NCBI GenBank assembly: GCA_028292545.1
Contig: JAQGMC010000001.1
Coordinates: 1,408-65,407, forward strand
Origin: Paucimonas sp.
GTDB taxonomy: Bacteria > Pseudomonadota > Gammaproteobacteria > Burkholderiales > Burkholderiaceae_D
Length of the DNA: 64,000 bases
Direction: 5' to 3'
Part shown: positions 39,619 to 50,568 of the stretch, piece after piece
Numbering within the stretch: the first letter of the stretch is position 1
Layout of the letters: each line of letters begins with the position of its first letter
Program-made: the position numbers and the translations under genes
The notes under the pieces: generated by a model
What the model was told of the DNA's origin: nothing
The model's database searches: none
What the model saw: only the letters and a program-made list of their open reading frames with translations

Positions 39619-39816
39619 TCAACTGTCGAGCAATTCGATGGCCGATGCCGGGCAAATGTCGCAGGCGCGCCTGACGTTGGCGGCTTCCTCTGGCGGTGGG
39701 CTGTCGGTCAGCAGGATGACGATGCCATCATCCTCGCCCTGGTCGAAGACCTTGGGCGCGTTCAGCACGCACAGGCCGGCGCCGCAGCATTTCTCTGGGT
39801 GTATCAGTATTTTCAA
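39619..39816 (-). CDS. Ferredoxin (P450 redox-partner type)
   Basis: CCGAGLC...APKVFDQ...CPASAI; adjacent to a P450. Confidence 0.9.
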   Translation of the reverse strand: MKILIHPEKCCGAGLCVLNAPKVFDQGEDDGIVILLTDSPPPEEAANVRRACDICPASAIELLDS

Positions 39817-39838
39817 TCGATTCTCCTCGCTTTACGCA

Positions 39839-41089
39839 CTACCACTGGACGGGCAATTCCTTGACGCCGTAGACAAACATCTCATCCTTGAAATGCAGGC
39901 TGTCGCCTGGCACCGCCAGCTTCAAGCCGGGCAGGCGGCGGATCAATTCCGTGAACACCGTTTGCAACTCGATGCGCGCCAGCGGTTGACCCAGGCATTG
40001 GTGGTTGCCATAGCCGAAGGCGACGTGATGGCGGGCCTCGCGCCGGATGTCGAACCGGTCGGGTTCGGGGAAAGCATTGCCGTCCCGGTTGGCTGACAGG
40101 CCCAGCGCAATCACGCCTTCGCCGGCGCGGATGGTGGTGCCGCGCAATTCCACGTCTTCCAGCGCCACGCGGCGCCGGCCGGAGTGAGTCGGGTCGAGGA
40201 AACGGAGCATCTCTTCCACGGCTTGCGGCACCAGGGCGGGATCGGCGCGCAAGGCTTCCCACTGCTCACGGTGCTGCAGCAGGAGCAGGGTGCCCATCGC
40301 TGTCATATTGGCCGTCGTTTCGTGGCCGGCAATCAGCAACAGGCGCGACATGCTGATCAATTCGTCTTCGCTCAGTTCGCCGGTGCGCAATTGCTTTACC
40401 ACCAGGCGGCTCAGGATGTCGTCCTCTGGATGGGCATCCTTCTTCCGGATCAGGCCGCGCAGGTAGACTTCACACAATTCGTGGCCGGCCGCCAGCGCTT
40501 CTTCGCGCGATGTCTTGTGCGAAGCGAGGACCTTGGCTTTGGCCTGGAAGAAGTCATGATCTTCGTAAGGCACGCCCAGCAATTCGCAGATCGCCAGGGA
40601 AGGGATGGGCAACGCAAGGTGCTCAACCAGGTCCAGCGGGCCACCGTGCTCCACCATCGCGTCGATCAGCTCAGTGACGATGCGCTGGATCTTGGGCCGA
40701 TAGGCTTCCATGCGCTTGACGGCAAATTCGCCAGTCAGCATGCGCCTGTGCCGTGTGTGGCGGGGCGCATCCATGGTGATCAGGCTGGGGTATTTTCCAC
40801 GCGCCACTTTCATGCCGGCGTTGACCGTCGGGTAGCCCTCACGGGTAATGTCGGCGCTGAAGCGCGGGTCGCTGACGACGGCACGGAAATCGTCGTAGCG
40901 GGTAATTATCCACGCCAGGCTGCCGTCCCACAGGCGCAGCTTTTGCAGCTGGCCGCTGTCGCGCAGTTCGCCATAGTAGGGTGGCGGATTGAGAGGGTTG
41001 GCGCGCGGGCACGGAAAAGCCGGCGGCTCGACCTCGTGGAAGGGGCAGCGGCCGCTGCCGGCCGGCACCGGCGCAGTGGTTCCAGTCAT
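39839..41089 (-). CDS. Cytochrome P450 (CYP105-like)
   Basis: AGHETT I-helix, EEMLR (ExxR), FGYGNHQCLG heme ligand, MDAPRHTRHRRML. Confidence 0.93.
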   Translation of the reverse strand: MTGTTAPVPAGSGRCPFHEVEPPAFPCPRANPLNPPPYYGELRDSGQLQKLRLWDGSLAWIITRYDDFRAVVSDPRFSADITREGYPTVNAGMKVARGKYPSLITMDAPRHTRHRRMLTGEFAVKRMEAYRPKIQRIVTELIDAMVEHGGPLDLVEHLALPIPSLAICELLGVPYEDHDFFQAKAKVLASHKTSREEALAAGHELCEVYLRGLIRKKDAHPEDDILSRLVVKQLRTGELSEDELISMSRLLLIAGHETTANMTAMGTLLLLQHREQWEALRADPALVPQAVEEMLRFLDPTHSGRRRVALEDVELRGTTIRAGEGVIALGLSANRDGNAFPEPDRFDIRREARHHVAFGYGNHQCLGQPLARIELQTVFTELIRRLPGLKLAVPGDSLHFKDEMFVYGVKELPVQW

Positions 41090-41193
41090 CTTTTGGCCTT
41101 GTTAGGTTAGGACACCTAACAATCCTAAGGCGTGCTTTGGTATGATGTCAAGCTCTCCCCGTCCCTGGTTACAACCCGACTTGCTGGAGCGCC

Positions 41194-41655
41194 GTGAAAC
41201 GTGTGAAGAATGAGAAAAAAATCCTGGATGAACTGCGTCCCAGGCTGTTGCGGATCAGCCAGGCGGTGCGCCGCGAAACCAAGGCCCTGCCCATCACCCA
41301 GGCGCAAAGCGCCGTGCTGTCGGCACTGATGATGGGAAAACCCATGCGCCTGACCGACCTGGCCAAGGCTGAGGCGGTGGCATTGCCGACGATGAACCAG
41401 GTGATCAACCGCATGAGCCTGGCCGGCTGGGTGACGCGCGTGCCGCAAGCCGATTCCGCCACGGTCCTGATCGAGATCACGGAAGAAGGACGACGGGTGG
41501 CGCTGGAGGCGGCGCAGTTGCGCAACCATGCATTGTCGATACGCGTGAGCATGCTCACGCCGGAAGAGGCAGCCATGCTGCCTCAGTTCATCGCCATCAT
41601 TGACAAGATGTTTCCGCGCGAACCCTGGCTGTTCGATCCAACCGAAGAGAAGTGA
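41194..41655 (+). CDS. MarR-family transcriptional regulator
   Basis: Winged helix with ITEEGR; divergent from the P450 operon. Confidence 0.85.
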   Translation: MKRVKNEKKILDELRPRLLRISQAVRRETKALPITQAQSAVLSALMMGKPMRLTDLAKAEAVALPTMNQVINRMSLAGWVTRVPQADSATVLIEITEEGRRVALEAAQLRNHALSIRVSMLTPEEAAMLPQFIAIIDKMFPREPWLFDPTEEK

Positions 41656-41747
41656 GCGCCGCCTTTGACTGCACCGCTTCCCTGCGGAGGCAAAGGATCG
41701 TCGTCGGCAATGCCATCCCGAATGCAGCGCCTGATATCGCTGTGGTT

Positions 41748-44354
41748 CTAGGCACGCGTTTTCGCGTTGCGCACGCTTTGCGCGCCGCGCGTGCCAGAAT
41801 CGCCCGCCATGAAGCGCGCCAGGTAGGGTGCGGTGCGGCTGCCCGCCGCGGCAGCCACGGCGGCAGGCGCGCCGCAAGCTACCACCTTGCCGCCTTCTTC
41901 GCCAGCGCCAGGGCCGATATCGATGACCCAGTCGGTCGCTGCAACGACGCGCATGTCGTGTTCGACCACGATCACGGTATTGCCGGATTCGACCAGGCCA
42001 TCGAGCTGGGCGATGAGCTTTTCCACATCGGCTGGATGCAAGCCGGTTGTGGGTTCGTCGAGTATGTAGAGCGCATTGCCGCGCGTGGCGCGCTGCAGTT
42101 CGGTCGCCAGCTTGATGCGCTGCGCCTCGCCGCCAGATAGCTCCGTCGCCGGCTGGCCCAGCCGCAAATAGCCCAGTCCTACTTCGCGCAAGACGTTCAG
42201 TGAGCGCTGGACCTGCGCTTCGTCGGCGAAAAATTCGTAAGCGCCATCCACCGTCATGCCCAGCACATCGGCAATGTTTTTGTCGCGGTACTTCACTTCC
42301 AGCGTTTTCGCGTTGTAACGCGCGCCGTGGCAAGTGGGGCAGGGCGCATACACGCTGGGCAGGAACAGCAACTCCACCATGACGAAGCCTTCACCCTGGC
42401 AATGTTCGCAACGGCCCTTGGCGACGTTGAAGGAAAAGCGGCCGGCGTCATAGCGCCGGGTGCGCGCGGTTTTTGTGTCGGCAAACAGCTTACGCACATG
42501 GTCGAACAAGCCAGTGTAGGTGGCCAGGTTGGAGCGTGGCGTGCGTCCGATCGGCTTTTGGTCGACCCGCACCAGGCGCTTGATCCGGTCCATGCCTTCG
42601 GCAATCCGGCCTTCGGTGCTGGCCTGGGCCGTGCGTTCCAGTGCGTCCCCTTCCTCGTCATCTTCGTCCACCTGGTGGCCGAGATGGCTTGCCACCAGTT
42701 CCACCAGCGCCTGGCTGACCAAGGTCGATTTGCCGGAGCCGGACACGCCCGTCACGGCCGTCAGCACCCCCAGCGGGAAGGCTACGCTGAGCTGGTCGAG
42801 GTTGTTGCGCGTGACCCCGGCCAGGCGTAACCAGCCCTGTGGCGGGCGTGGCGCGCGTTGCGCCGGTTTGTTTTCCAGGTACAGGTAGCGCCGCGTGTGC
42901 GAGGCTTGCACCATCTTCAGCCCCGCTGGCGGGCCGCTATACAGCACATGGCCGCCTTGTTCGCCTGCGGCGGGGCCGACATCCACAATCCAGTCTGCAT
43001 GCCGGATCACATCCAGCGCATGTTCAACCACGAACAGTGAATTGCCACAAGCCTTGAGCCGGGCCAGCGCCGCCAGCAGCGCCTCGGTATCGGCAGGATG
43101 CAAGCCGGCCGAGGGTTCGTCCAGCACATAGACCACGCCAAACAGGTTGGAGCGGACCTGGGTTGCCAGGCGCAGCCGTTGCAGTTCGCCGGGCGACAGG
43201 GTTGGCGTGCTGCGGTCCAGCGCCAGGTAGCCCAGGCCCAGCGCCAGCAACTCACCCAGGCGCCCGACGATGTCGTTGGCGATGCGTTGCGTGACGAGCG
43301 CTTTTTCAGGATGCTGCGCATCCAGCTTGCTGCGGCCTTGTACTTTTCCTTCGGCATACGGTTGCAGGATCGCGGCCAGCCGTTTCAAAGCCAGGCGCGA
43401 CATGTCGGCAATATCAAGGCCGGCAAAAGTGACGGACAGCGATTCGCGCCGTAGCCTTTTTCCCTTGCACAGCGGGCATTCGCTGCTGACCATGTATTGC
43501 GCGACCCGCTTTTTCATCGAGGCGCTTTCCGTGTTGGCAAAAGTTTGCAGCACATAGCGCCGCGCGCCGGTAAAGGTGCCCTGGTAGCTGGGCTGCATTT
43601 TCTGCTTGATAGCCTGACGCACTTCATCGGCGTTGAAGCCGGCGTAGACCGGTACCACGGGCTGCTCGTCGGTGAACAATATCCAGTCGCGCACTTTCTT
43701 TGGCAATTCGCGCCAGGGGCGGTCGATATCGTGGCCCAGCGTGGTCAAGATGTCGCGCAGGTTTTGTCCATGCCAGGCAGTAGGCCAGGCCGCGACGGCA
43801 CGTTCACGTATGGTGAGCGAGTCATCCGGCACCATTGAACGTTCAGTCACTTCATACACCCGGCCCAGGCCGTGGCATTGGGTGCAGGCGCCGGCCGGCG
43901 TGTTGGGAGAAAAGGCTTCAGCGTCAAGATGCGCCTGCTTGGGCGGATAAGTGCCGGCGCGCGAATACAGCATGCGCAACAGGTTTGACAGCGTGGTCAC
44001 GCTGCCAACCGATGAGCGGGTAGTGGGCGAGCCGCGTTGCTGCTGCAGCGCCACCGCCGGCGGCAAGCCTTCGACTTCATCGACTTCGGGCACCGGCATC
44101 TGGTGGAACAGGCGCCGCGCATAAGGCGACACCGATTCAAGATAGCGCCGTTGCGCTTCGGCATACAGCGTGCCGAAAGCCAGTGACGATTTGCCCGAGC
44201 CGGAAACGCCGGTGAAGACCACCAGCGCATCGCGCGGAATGTCGACGTCGATGCTTTTCAGGTTGTGTTCGCGCGCGCCGCGTACCCGGACATAGCCGCG
44301 GGAAGTGCCGGGTTGTGCGTCCGCTTCAAACGGCGGGTTTGGAAATTTTTTCAT
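41748..44354 (-). CDS. uvrA: UvrA-like excinuclease ATPase (short class II / UvrA2-type paralogue)
   Basis: GAREHNLK, two GVSGSGKS Walker A motifs, LSPGE/LSGGE signatures, zinc-finger CxxC pairs; 868 aa. Confidence 0.9.
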   Translation of the reverse strand: MKKFPNPPFEADAQPGTSRGYVRVRGAREHNLKSIDVDIPRDALVVFTGVSGSGKSSLAFGTLYAEAQRRYLESVSPYARRLFHQMPVPEVDEVEGLPPAVALQQQRGSPTTRSSVGSVTTLSNLLRMLYSRAGTYPPKQAHLDAEAFSPNTPAGACTQCHGLGRVYEVTERSMVPDDSLTIRERAVAAWPTAWHGQNLRDILTTLGHDIDRPWRELPKKVRDWILFTDEQPVVPVYAGFNADEVRQAIKQKMQPSYQGTFTGARRYVLQTFANTESASMKKRVAQYMVSSECPLCKGKRLRRESLSVTFAGLDIADMSRLALKRLAAILQPYAEGKVQGRSKLDAQHPEKALVTQRIANDIVGRLGELLALGLGYLALDRSTPTLSPGELQRLRLATQVRSNLFGVVYVLDEPSAGLHPADTEALLAALARLKACGNSLFVVEHALDVIRHADWIVDVGPAAGEQGGHVLYSGPPAGLKMVQASHTRRYLYLENKPAQRAPRPPQGWLRLAGVTRNNLDQLSVAFPLGVLTAVTGVSGSGKSTLVSQALVELVASHLGHQVDEDDEEGDALERTAQASTEGRIAEGMDRIKRLVRVDQKPIGRTPRSNLATYTGLFDHVRKLFADTKTARTRRYDAGRFSFNVAKGRCEHCQGEGFVMVELLFLPSVYAPCPTCHGARYNAKTLEVKYRDKNIADVLGMTVDGAYEFFADEAQVQRSLNVLREVGLGYLRLGQPATELSGGEAQRIKLATELQRATRGNALYILDEPTTGLHPADVEKLIAQLDGLVESGNTVIVVEHDMRVVAATDWVIDIGPGAGEEGGKVVACGAPAAVAAAAGSRTAPYLARFMAGDSGTRGAQSVRNAKTRA

Positions 44355-44736
44355 GGACGACACCTTCAGGATGCAAATTGGGGAAGGGCTGAGCGGTGCG
44401 TCGGCAGGCAAGCCTCGAACGCCCGTGCGCCTTTCTATTACCCAGTTCCTGCGAGCACGATCCATACCCGCCTGTATACGGAAAGTCGTTGAAAGACTTT
44501 TGGTTGGTGAATGGCATACCGGCTTTGCAAGGCGCTTCTCCATCAAAACAAATCTTCTTCGCATGAATAGGGGGCCGAAGTGCAACAGCCGATGTCGCAA
44601 TTCGTGCAGGAATATCTGGAGCCGATCGGTTATGCGCCGTGTTACCTTGCCTCGATTGAGCACGTGAAGCTGGAAAAAGAGGCTGGCGCGCGCTGAGGGT
44701 GCCGTGAACAAGGAGAGGGCGCATGTCATCGATAAC

Positions 44737-44854
44737 TGGGCATCGGCACGCGGCAAGTCGCGTCGGCGACAAGTTGAAGACCTTGATGATTACCGATCCG
44801 GATGGCAACCACATCGCCTTTGCACAGGCGGTCGACAAGTCAATGGCACAGTGA
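44737..44854 (+). pseudogene. C-terminal fragment of a VOC/glyoxalase gene
   Basis: Reads GDKLKTLMITDPDGNHIAFAQAVDKSMAQ*, a VOC C-terminal DPDGN motif, with no intact 5' part; left boundary approximate. Confidence 0.5.
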
Positions 44855-44924
44855 TTGCCTGCCTGTCTCACTGCTGCAAACGCCGCACGGGACAGAAGCC
44901 CGGGTAGCCAATCGCGGATCATTG

Positions 44925-45365
44925 ATGAAACTGCTGATCAACATCGACGTCCCGGACCTCGAGCCGGCTGTGGCCTTCTACCAGGCCGCGCTCGGCCTGA
45001 CGCTCAAGCGCATGATCGAGGGCGACGTCGCCGAGTTGACCGGTGCCGCTGCCACAATCTACCTGTTGCAAAAACCCCAGGACTCTGTAGCCAATGCGAG
45101 CGCGACGGCCGTTCGCCAGTACACCCGGCATTGGACCCCGGTGCATATTGATTTTGTCGTGGAGGATATCCACGAGGCTGCGGAGCGCGCGATCAGGGCC
45201 GGCGCCAGACAGGAATCGGCATGCATCGAGTGGATGGGCTCGAAATGCATTACCTTCTCGGACCCGTTCGGCCACGGGTTTTGTTTGTTGGAGTTCGAGG
45301 GGGAGGGCTATCGCGACGAAAAAAAACCCGCAAGCCTTTCGGCTGCGGGGACAAGTCAAGGTTGA
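44925..45365 (+). CDS. VOC (glyoxalase/bleomycin resistance) family protein
   Basis: NIDVPDLEPAVAFY, VHIDFVVEDI and DPFGHGFCL motifs. Confidence 0.88.
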   Translation: MKLLINIDVPDLEPAVAFYQAALGLTLKRMIEGDVAELTGAAATIYLLQKPQDSVANASATAVRQYTRHWTPVHIDFVVEDIHEAAERAIRAGARQESACIEWMGSKCITFSDPFGHGFCLLEFEGEGYRDEKKPASLSAAGTSQG

Positions 45366-45600
45366 TTGAATAACCCGGACAAGGAAAAAACATGAACTCT
45401 TCACTTCTTAATTACCGGTGCAACCAGAATAAGTCCTTTGCATAGGGCCGTACGTTCGGCAGCGCACGGAGCGTACAGATACTTATGTGGATACTTCGGT
45501 TTGATTCAGCAAGCGTCCATCGCCCCGGTCGGTTTCCCTCCCGACCTGATAGTCGGTGGATGGCACTGAGCCATCTTCAATCTCAACCAAAGGATTCACA

Positions 45601-46023
<423 letters not shown>

Positions 46024-46095
46024 AGCGAGCAGGGCCGCGGCGGAAATTTCCGTCGCGGTCCGACGCGGTCATCAAGTACGGCCGCCTCACTGATC

Positions 46096-46121
46096 AAAGC
46101 CCTCTTTACGAGGGCTTTTTT
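46096..46121 (+). terminator. Rho-independent terminator
   Basis: AAAGCCCTC-TTTAC-GAGGGCTTT followed by a T tract. Confidence 0.75.
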
Positions 46122-46188
46122 GCGCTTGCTGTCCTTCAAAGATGTTGCTTCTTTCAAGGCGCCGGTTCGAACCTACCGTTAGGTGCCA

Positions 46189-46307
46189 ACCCCATCCCCA
46201 CCCCCGCCCTCCCCTTGAAAGGGAGGGAGCTTTCATGGTCCTGCCTAGTCCATCGAAGCTACGGTATCCCCTCCCTTTCAAGGGGAGGGTTAGGGTGGGG
46301 ATGGGGT
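46189..46307. repeat. REP-like inverted pair (~38-bp arms)
   Basis: ACCCCATCCCCACCCCCGCCCTCCCCTTGAAAGGGAGGG ... CCCTCCCTTTCAAGGGGAGGGTTAGGGTGGGGATGGGGT; each arm is itself a hairpin. Confidence 0.8.
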
Positions 46308-46418
46308 CAACGGACGTCCGCCACCTGCCGGACCGTGACCAATATCATTCTCCCCGCCACGCCTTTGAACTCCGACAAGATTTTGTTCTCTAGCAATGTA
46401 TCGAAAGCGGAGGACTCA

Positions 46419-47204
46419 ATGCGTCAAAAATCAACCGCGCTGTTGCCACTGGCTTTGGCAGCCATGTGTCTGTCAACCGGCTATGCCTGGGCCGATGAAG
46501 TAAAAGACCTGGAAGAAGAGCTCGCGCTGACCATTGAGGATGCCACGCCCAGCAAAGCCGGTTCGGTGCAGTTCAATGGCGGCATGCGTTACCAGCGCAT
46601 GCGGCCGCAGCCCGGCGAGGGGCGCAATGAATGGCAGTTCACCCCACGGCTGCAGTTCGGCTTGACCCAGGATTTCCAGGCGTCGGTATCCACGCCTTAC
46701 CGCATCGGCGATGCACCCGGCACCAGCCAGGGTGAGTTCCGGCTTGAGGGGCTGTATCGCCTGAACCGGGAAACCGAATCCATGCCCTCGTTTGCCGTAG
46801 ATGCCGGCGTAGAACAACCTTACGGCGCCAACCGCGGCGGCACCGAAGCACTGGTCAAGGGCATCATGACCAAATCGCTGGGCACGGCGCCCGAGAATGC
46901 GCGGCGCGCACAGTTGCATGTCAACGTGGTGGCACGCCACAACTTCAATCCCGATCCGCTTGAACGCCGCGACCGCTACCTGGCGGGCGCCGCGCTGTCA
47001 CACCAGGTGAGTGAGCGTTGGCTGGTTGCGGGCAGCCTGTTCCGCGAACAGCAGCGCGAAGCAAGCCAGACCTTGAACATGGGTGAGCTTGGCGCGCGCT
47101 GGAAATTGTCGGACAAGGTCATTCTTTCCGGGGCGCTCGGACATGGCTTCAGCGGACCGGTGCGTAACCGTTTTCTGGTGGGAATGCAGCGTTCCCTGGA
47201 CTAG
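46419..47204 (+). CDS. Exported protein, probable outer-membrane beta-barrel
   Basis: GGAGG RBS; signal peptide; IEDA motif; amphipathic beta-strands. Confidence 0.65.
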   Translation: MRQKSTALLPLALAAMCLSTGYAWADEVKDLEEELALTIEDATPSKAGSVQFNGGMRYQRMRPQPGEGRNEWQFTPRLQFGLTQDFQASVSTPYRIGDAPGTSQGEFRLEGLYRLNRETESMPSFAVDAGVEQPYGANRGGTEALVKGIMTKSLGTAPENARRAQLHVNVVARHNFNPDPLERRDRYLAGAALSHQVSERWLVAGSLFREQQREASQTLNMGELGARWKLSDKVILSGALGHGFSGPVRNRFLVGMQRSLD

Positions 47205-47271
47205 GGTTTGACAGCTTGTTTGACAACTTGCCGGCCCCAGACCAGGATTTTTATACCAGGGGTGCTTCACG

Positions 47272-47925
47272 ATGACCATCACCATTACGGCCTTTGAACG
47301 CTCGCCCGACGGCGGCAAGGGACTGGCGCGGGATACGCGCGTGCGCTGGGCGCTGGAAGAAGTGGGGCAGGTCTATCAAGTTCGCCTGGTCTCGTTCCGT
47401 GCAATGAAGGAGCCTGCGCATCTGGCGCTTCATCCTTTCGGCCAGATTCCGACTTATGAAGAAGGCGATCTCGTCCTGTTCGAGACAGGCGCAATCGTGT
47501 TCCACATCGCAGAGCGTCATGCAGGCTTGCTGCCGGTGGAGGCCAATGCCCGGGCGCGCGCCGTCAGCTGGATGTTTGCCGCGCTCAATACGGTGGAGCC
47601 GCCGATACTTGAACTCGGCACCGCCAGGCTGCTGGAAGGCGACAAGCCGTGGACCAGGCAACGCCTGCCTTTGGTGGAAGAGCGCATCCGGATTCGGCTG
47701 AGCCAGCTTTCGACCCGGTTGGGGGACGCCGACTGGCTTGATGCCGCGTTCAGCGCCGGCGACCTGATGATGGTGTCAGTGCTGCTCAGGCTGCGGTCAT
47801 CAGGCATCCTGGATGAATTTCCAAAGCTCGCCGCTTATGTTGCCCGCGGCGAAGCGCGGCCTGCCTACAAGCGCGCTTTCGACGCCCAATTGGCAGTCAA
47901 CACCGGCAAGCCCCTGACCGGTTGA
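47272..47925 (+). CDS. Glutathione S-transferase family protein
   Basis: RVRWALEE, HPFGQIP, LFETGAI and FSAGDL motifs. Confidence 0.92.
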   Translation: MTITITAFERSPDGGKGLARDTRVRWALEEVGQVYQVRLVSFRAMKEPAHLALHPFGQIPTYEEGDLVLFETGAIVFHIAERHAGLLPVEANARARAVSWMFAALNTVEPPILELGTARLLEGDKPWTRQRLPLVEERIRIRLSQLSTRLGDADWLDAAFSAGDLMMVSVLLRLRSSGILDEFPKLAAYVARGEARPAYKRAFDAQLAVNTGKPLTG

Positions 47926-48247
47926 TCGACGTACTGGCCTGCAGTCGTCATCCGGGTTTTCGTTGAGTTCAGGCGGCCCAACCCTGGGCCGCCTGCAATA
48001 GCCATCCACTGCTGAAGCAGCCACGGCGCAGCCAAGCCGGACCGCGCCTTGCTACGGTCGCGCGCCACTCTCCGGCAGGTCGAAGCCTGGCAAGCCCGGG
48101 GCTGTATTTGGCCAGCCAATAAGAACATACAAAAAATCGATGCATGCAATCTGGACGGCGTCGTAAGATCAGCTGTCCAAGCTGCGGCATGGTCGGCGAA
48201 ACAGAAGAGGCATCAGCCCTCAAGAACCAGGCGTCAAGGAGACGAAA

Positions 48248-49210
48248 ATGAATATGTCGAAGTGGATGGTTGGCTTGCTGCTGTCGCAGTTGGCAGTGTG
48301 CGCGCAAGCGGCCGAGTGGCCTGTTAAAGCGACGAAGGTGATCGTTCCTTATGGCCCCGGTGGCGGCGTGGACACCTTCACCCGTCCTGTTGCCGCCAGG
48401 TTGCAGGAGCAACTGGGACACCCGTTCATTGTCGACAACCGTGCCGGTGCCGGTGGCACGATAGGCGTGGCAGCGGCGGCAAAGTCGCCGGCTGATGGCA
48501 GCACGCTGCTTGCCGGTGGCGTGCACCAGCCGATGGCTGAGAGCCTTTACAAGGACAAGGGCTACGACCTGGACAAAGACCTGGCGGCATTGGGCGTCAT
48601 CGCGGTGGTGCCGAACGTTCTCCTCGTGCTTCCCAAAGCGCCGTGGAAAACAGTGAGCGAACTGATCGCACATGCACAAGCCAATCCTGGGAAGCTCAAC
48701 TACTGCTCATCGGGCATCGGCACGTCGCAGCATATCGTCGCTGAAATGTTCATGATGCAGACCAAGACCAAGATGCTGCACGTTCCGCATAAAGGCACGG
48801 CCGCTGCCTTGGTGACTTTCCTGGCGGGCCAATGCGACTTGATGTTCGATGGCATGGGCACGGCAGCGGGGCAAATCAAGGGCAGCAAGCTGCGGCCACT
48901 GGCCGTCACGACGGCCGAGCGCAGCGAATTGTTCCCCACCATTCCAACGATGAAAGAAGCAGGCGGACCCGCAATGGACGTGGGCACCTGGTACGCCATG
49001 TGGACCACTGCCGGCACGCCAAAAGACGTGCAGCAGAAAATGCGCGCAGAAATCGACAAGGCACTGACCTCGCCCTCCGTGAAAGAGACCTGGAAGGCGC
49101 AGGGCGCGGCGCTGCGCAACATTCCCCTGGACCGGATGCAGTCTTTCGTACGTGAGGAAGTCAGCCTGTGGACCCAGGTGAACCAGCAGGCAGGCATCAA
49201 ACTCGACTAG
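48248..49210 (+). CDS. Bug/TctC substrate-binding protein
   Basis: VPYGPGGGVD, VDNRAGAGG, SSGIGT and HVPHKG motifs. Confidence 0.92.
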   Translation: MNMSKWMVGLLLSQLAVCAQAAEWPVKATKVIVPYGPGGGVDTFTRPVAARLQEQLGHPFIVDNRAGAGGTIGVAAAAKSPADGSTLLAGGVHQPMAESLYKDKGYDLDKDLAALGVIAVVPNVLLVLPKAPWKTVSELIAHAQANPGKLNYCSSGIGTSQHIVAEMFMMQTKTKMLHVPHKGTAAALVTFLAGQCDLMFDGMGTAAGQIKGSKLRPLAVTTAERSELFPTIPTMKEAGGPAMDVGTWYAMWTTAGTPKDVQQKMRAEIDKALTSPSVKETWKAQGAALRNIPLDRMQSFVREEVSLWTQVNQQAGIKLD

Positions 49211-49259
49211 GGCTGGCCGCCGGCACGAACGACGCGCAAGGAATGACGTCAGAACGACT

Positions 49260-50087
49260 ATGGCTGACCCTTCATCCGGCATAGAGGCAATCCAACGGGC
49301 GCGAACGCTGCTGTTCGTGCCCGGGAACCGTCCGGACCGCTTCGACAAGGCGCACGCCAGCGGCGCCGATCTCATCATCATCGACCTGGATGCATCGGTT
49401 GCGCCCGAAGCCAAGCATGAGGCAAGGCAGCAGGCACTGGATTACCTGCGCCAGTCGCCGGCATCCGGGCGCTGCATCGTCCGCTGCAATGCAATCGACA
49501 GCGCATGGGGCAGGGACGAACTCAAGGCTTTGAACGGCCTGCCCCTGGCCGGCGTGATGCTGGCCAAGCTGGAAAGCGCCGCCCAGTCGGTAGAAGCAAT
49601 CAGCTTGCTGGGAAACGCGCCCTTGGTGGGCCTGGTCGAAACCGCGATCGGTATCAGTCGCGTGCGTGACATAGCCAGCCAGGGGCAGTGCTGCAGGCTG
49701 GCCTTTGGCAACATGGATTACGCCACCGACCTGCACCTTGAAGGCAATCGATGGGGCATGATCTATCCCTCGTCCGAACTGGCGATCGCTTCACGCTGTG
49801 CCGGATTGCCGCCACCTGTTGCCGGCGCCACGCCGAATTTTTCAGACTCATCCGCGTTGATGGCCGACCTGGCGTTTGAAAAGGAACTGGGTTTCGGCGC
49901 CAAGCTTTGCATCCATCCGGCCCAGGTGTCGATCGCAAATGCAGCGCACACGCCGGACCAGCGTCAACTGGAGCGGGCAAGGCGCATTCTTGAAGCAAGC
50001 CAGTCATCCCACGCCATCAACCTGGATGGGGAAATGGTCGATCGCCCGGTGATTGAGTGGGCGCAGCGGCTGCTTGGCAAACAGTAG
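49260..50087 (+). CDS. CitE/HpcH-family CoA-ester lyase
   Basis: LFVPGNRPDRFDKA, IDLD, LVETA and GAKLCIHPAQV motifs. Confidence 0.88.
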   Translation: MADPSSGIEAIQRARTLLFVPGNRPDRFDKAHASGADLIIIDLDASVAPEAKHEARQQALDYLRQSPASGRCIVRCNAIDSAWGRDELKALNGLPLAGVMLAKLESAAQSVEAISLLGNAPLVGLVETAIGISRVRDIASQGQCCRLAFGNMDYATDLHLEGNRWGMIYPSSELAIASRCAGLPPPVAGATPNFSDSSALMADLAFEKELGFGAKLCIHPAQVSIANAAHTPDQRQLERARRILEASQSSHAINLDGEMVDRPVIEWAQRLLGKQ

Positions 50088-50130
50088 GCTGCCACCCTGG
50101 CGGGGAAGCCCACGAGCGCTGCGACAAAGC

Positions 50131-50547
50131 CTATAGCTTCTTCCAGGTCGACGTGGCAAACGCCACCAGCTTGCCTTCTTCATCGCGCAGCGAAGATTGC
50201 AGGAAAGACAGCTCGCGTCCCTTGCGCAGGAATTCGCCGCGTGCCTGCAGCCTTCCGCTTCGTGCCGCCTTGAGGTATTGCACCTTCATTTCAAGCGTCG
50301 CACCGGCGCCATCTTCGTGTTTCAGCAAATGTCCCATCGAAATGTCCATCGCCATCGCGATCACGCCGCCGTGAAGCGAGCCCTGCGGATTAAACATGAA
50401 GTCCTGCAGCTCGAAATCAACGATACAGGCGCCTTCTTCATACCCGACGGTCAGGCCAAACAGGCGGGCCAGGAAAAATTCACCGAACTCCTGCTTGTAG
50501 GTTGACAGCGCATGCTCAAACGCTTCTTTGGCTTTCTGCTCATCCAT
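50131..50547 (-). CDS. PaaI-family thioesterase
   Basis: NPQGSLHGGVIAMAMD hot-dog motif. Confidence 0.9.
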   Translation of the reverse strand: MDEQKAKEAFEHALSTYKQEFGEFFLARLFGLTVGYEEGACIVDFELQDFMFNPQGSLHGGVIAMAMDISMGHLLKHEDGAGATLEMKVQYLKAARSGRLQARGEFLRKGRELSFLQSSLRDEEGKLVAFATSTWKKL

Positions 50548-50568
50548 TTTTATTCATTCCTCTCGTGT

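Noticed and set aside
44355-44756. 134-aa N-terminal extension of the UvrA ORF
   Set aside because: UvrA homology begins just after Met at 44354; the upstream region contains opposite-strand gene debris.
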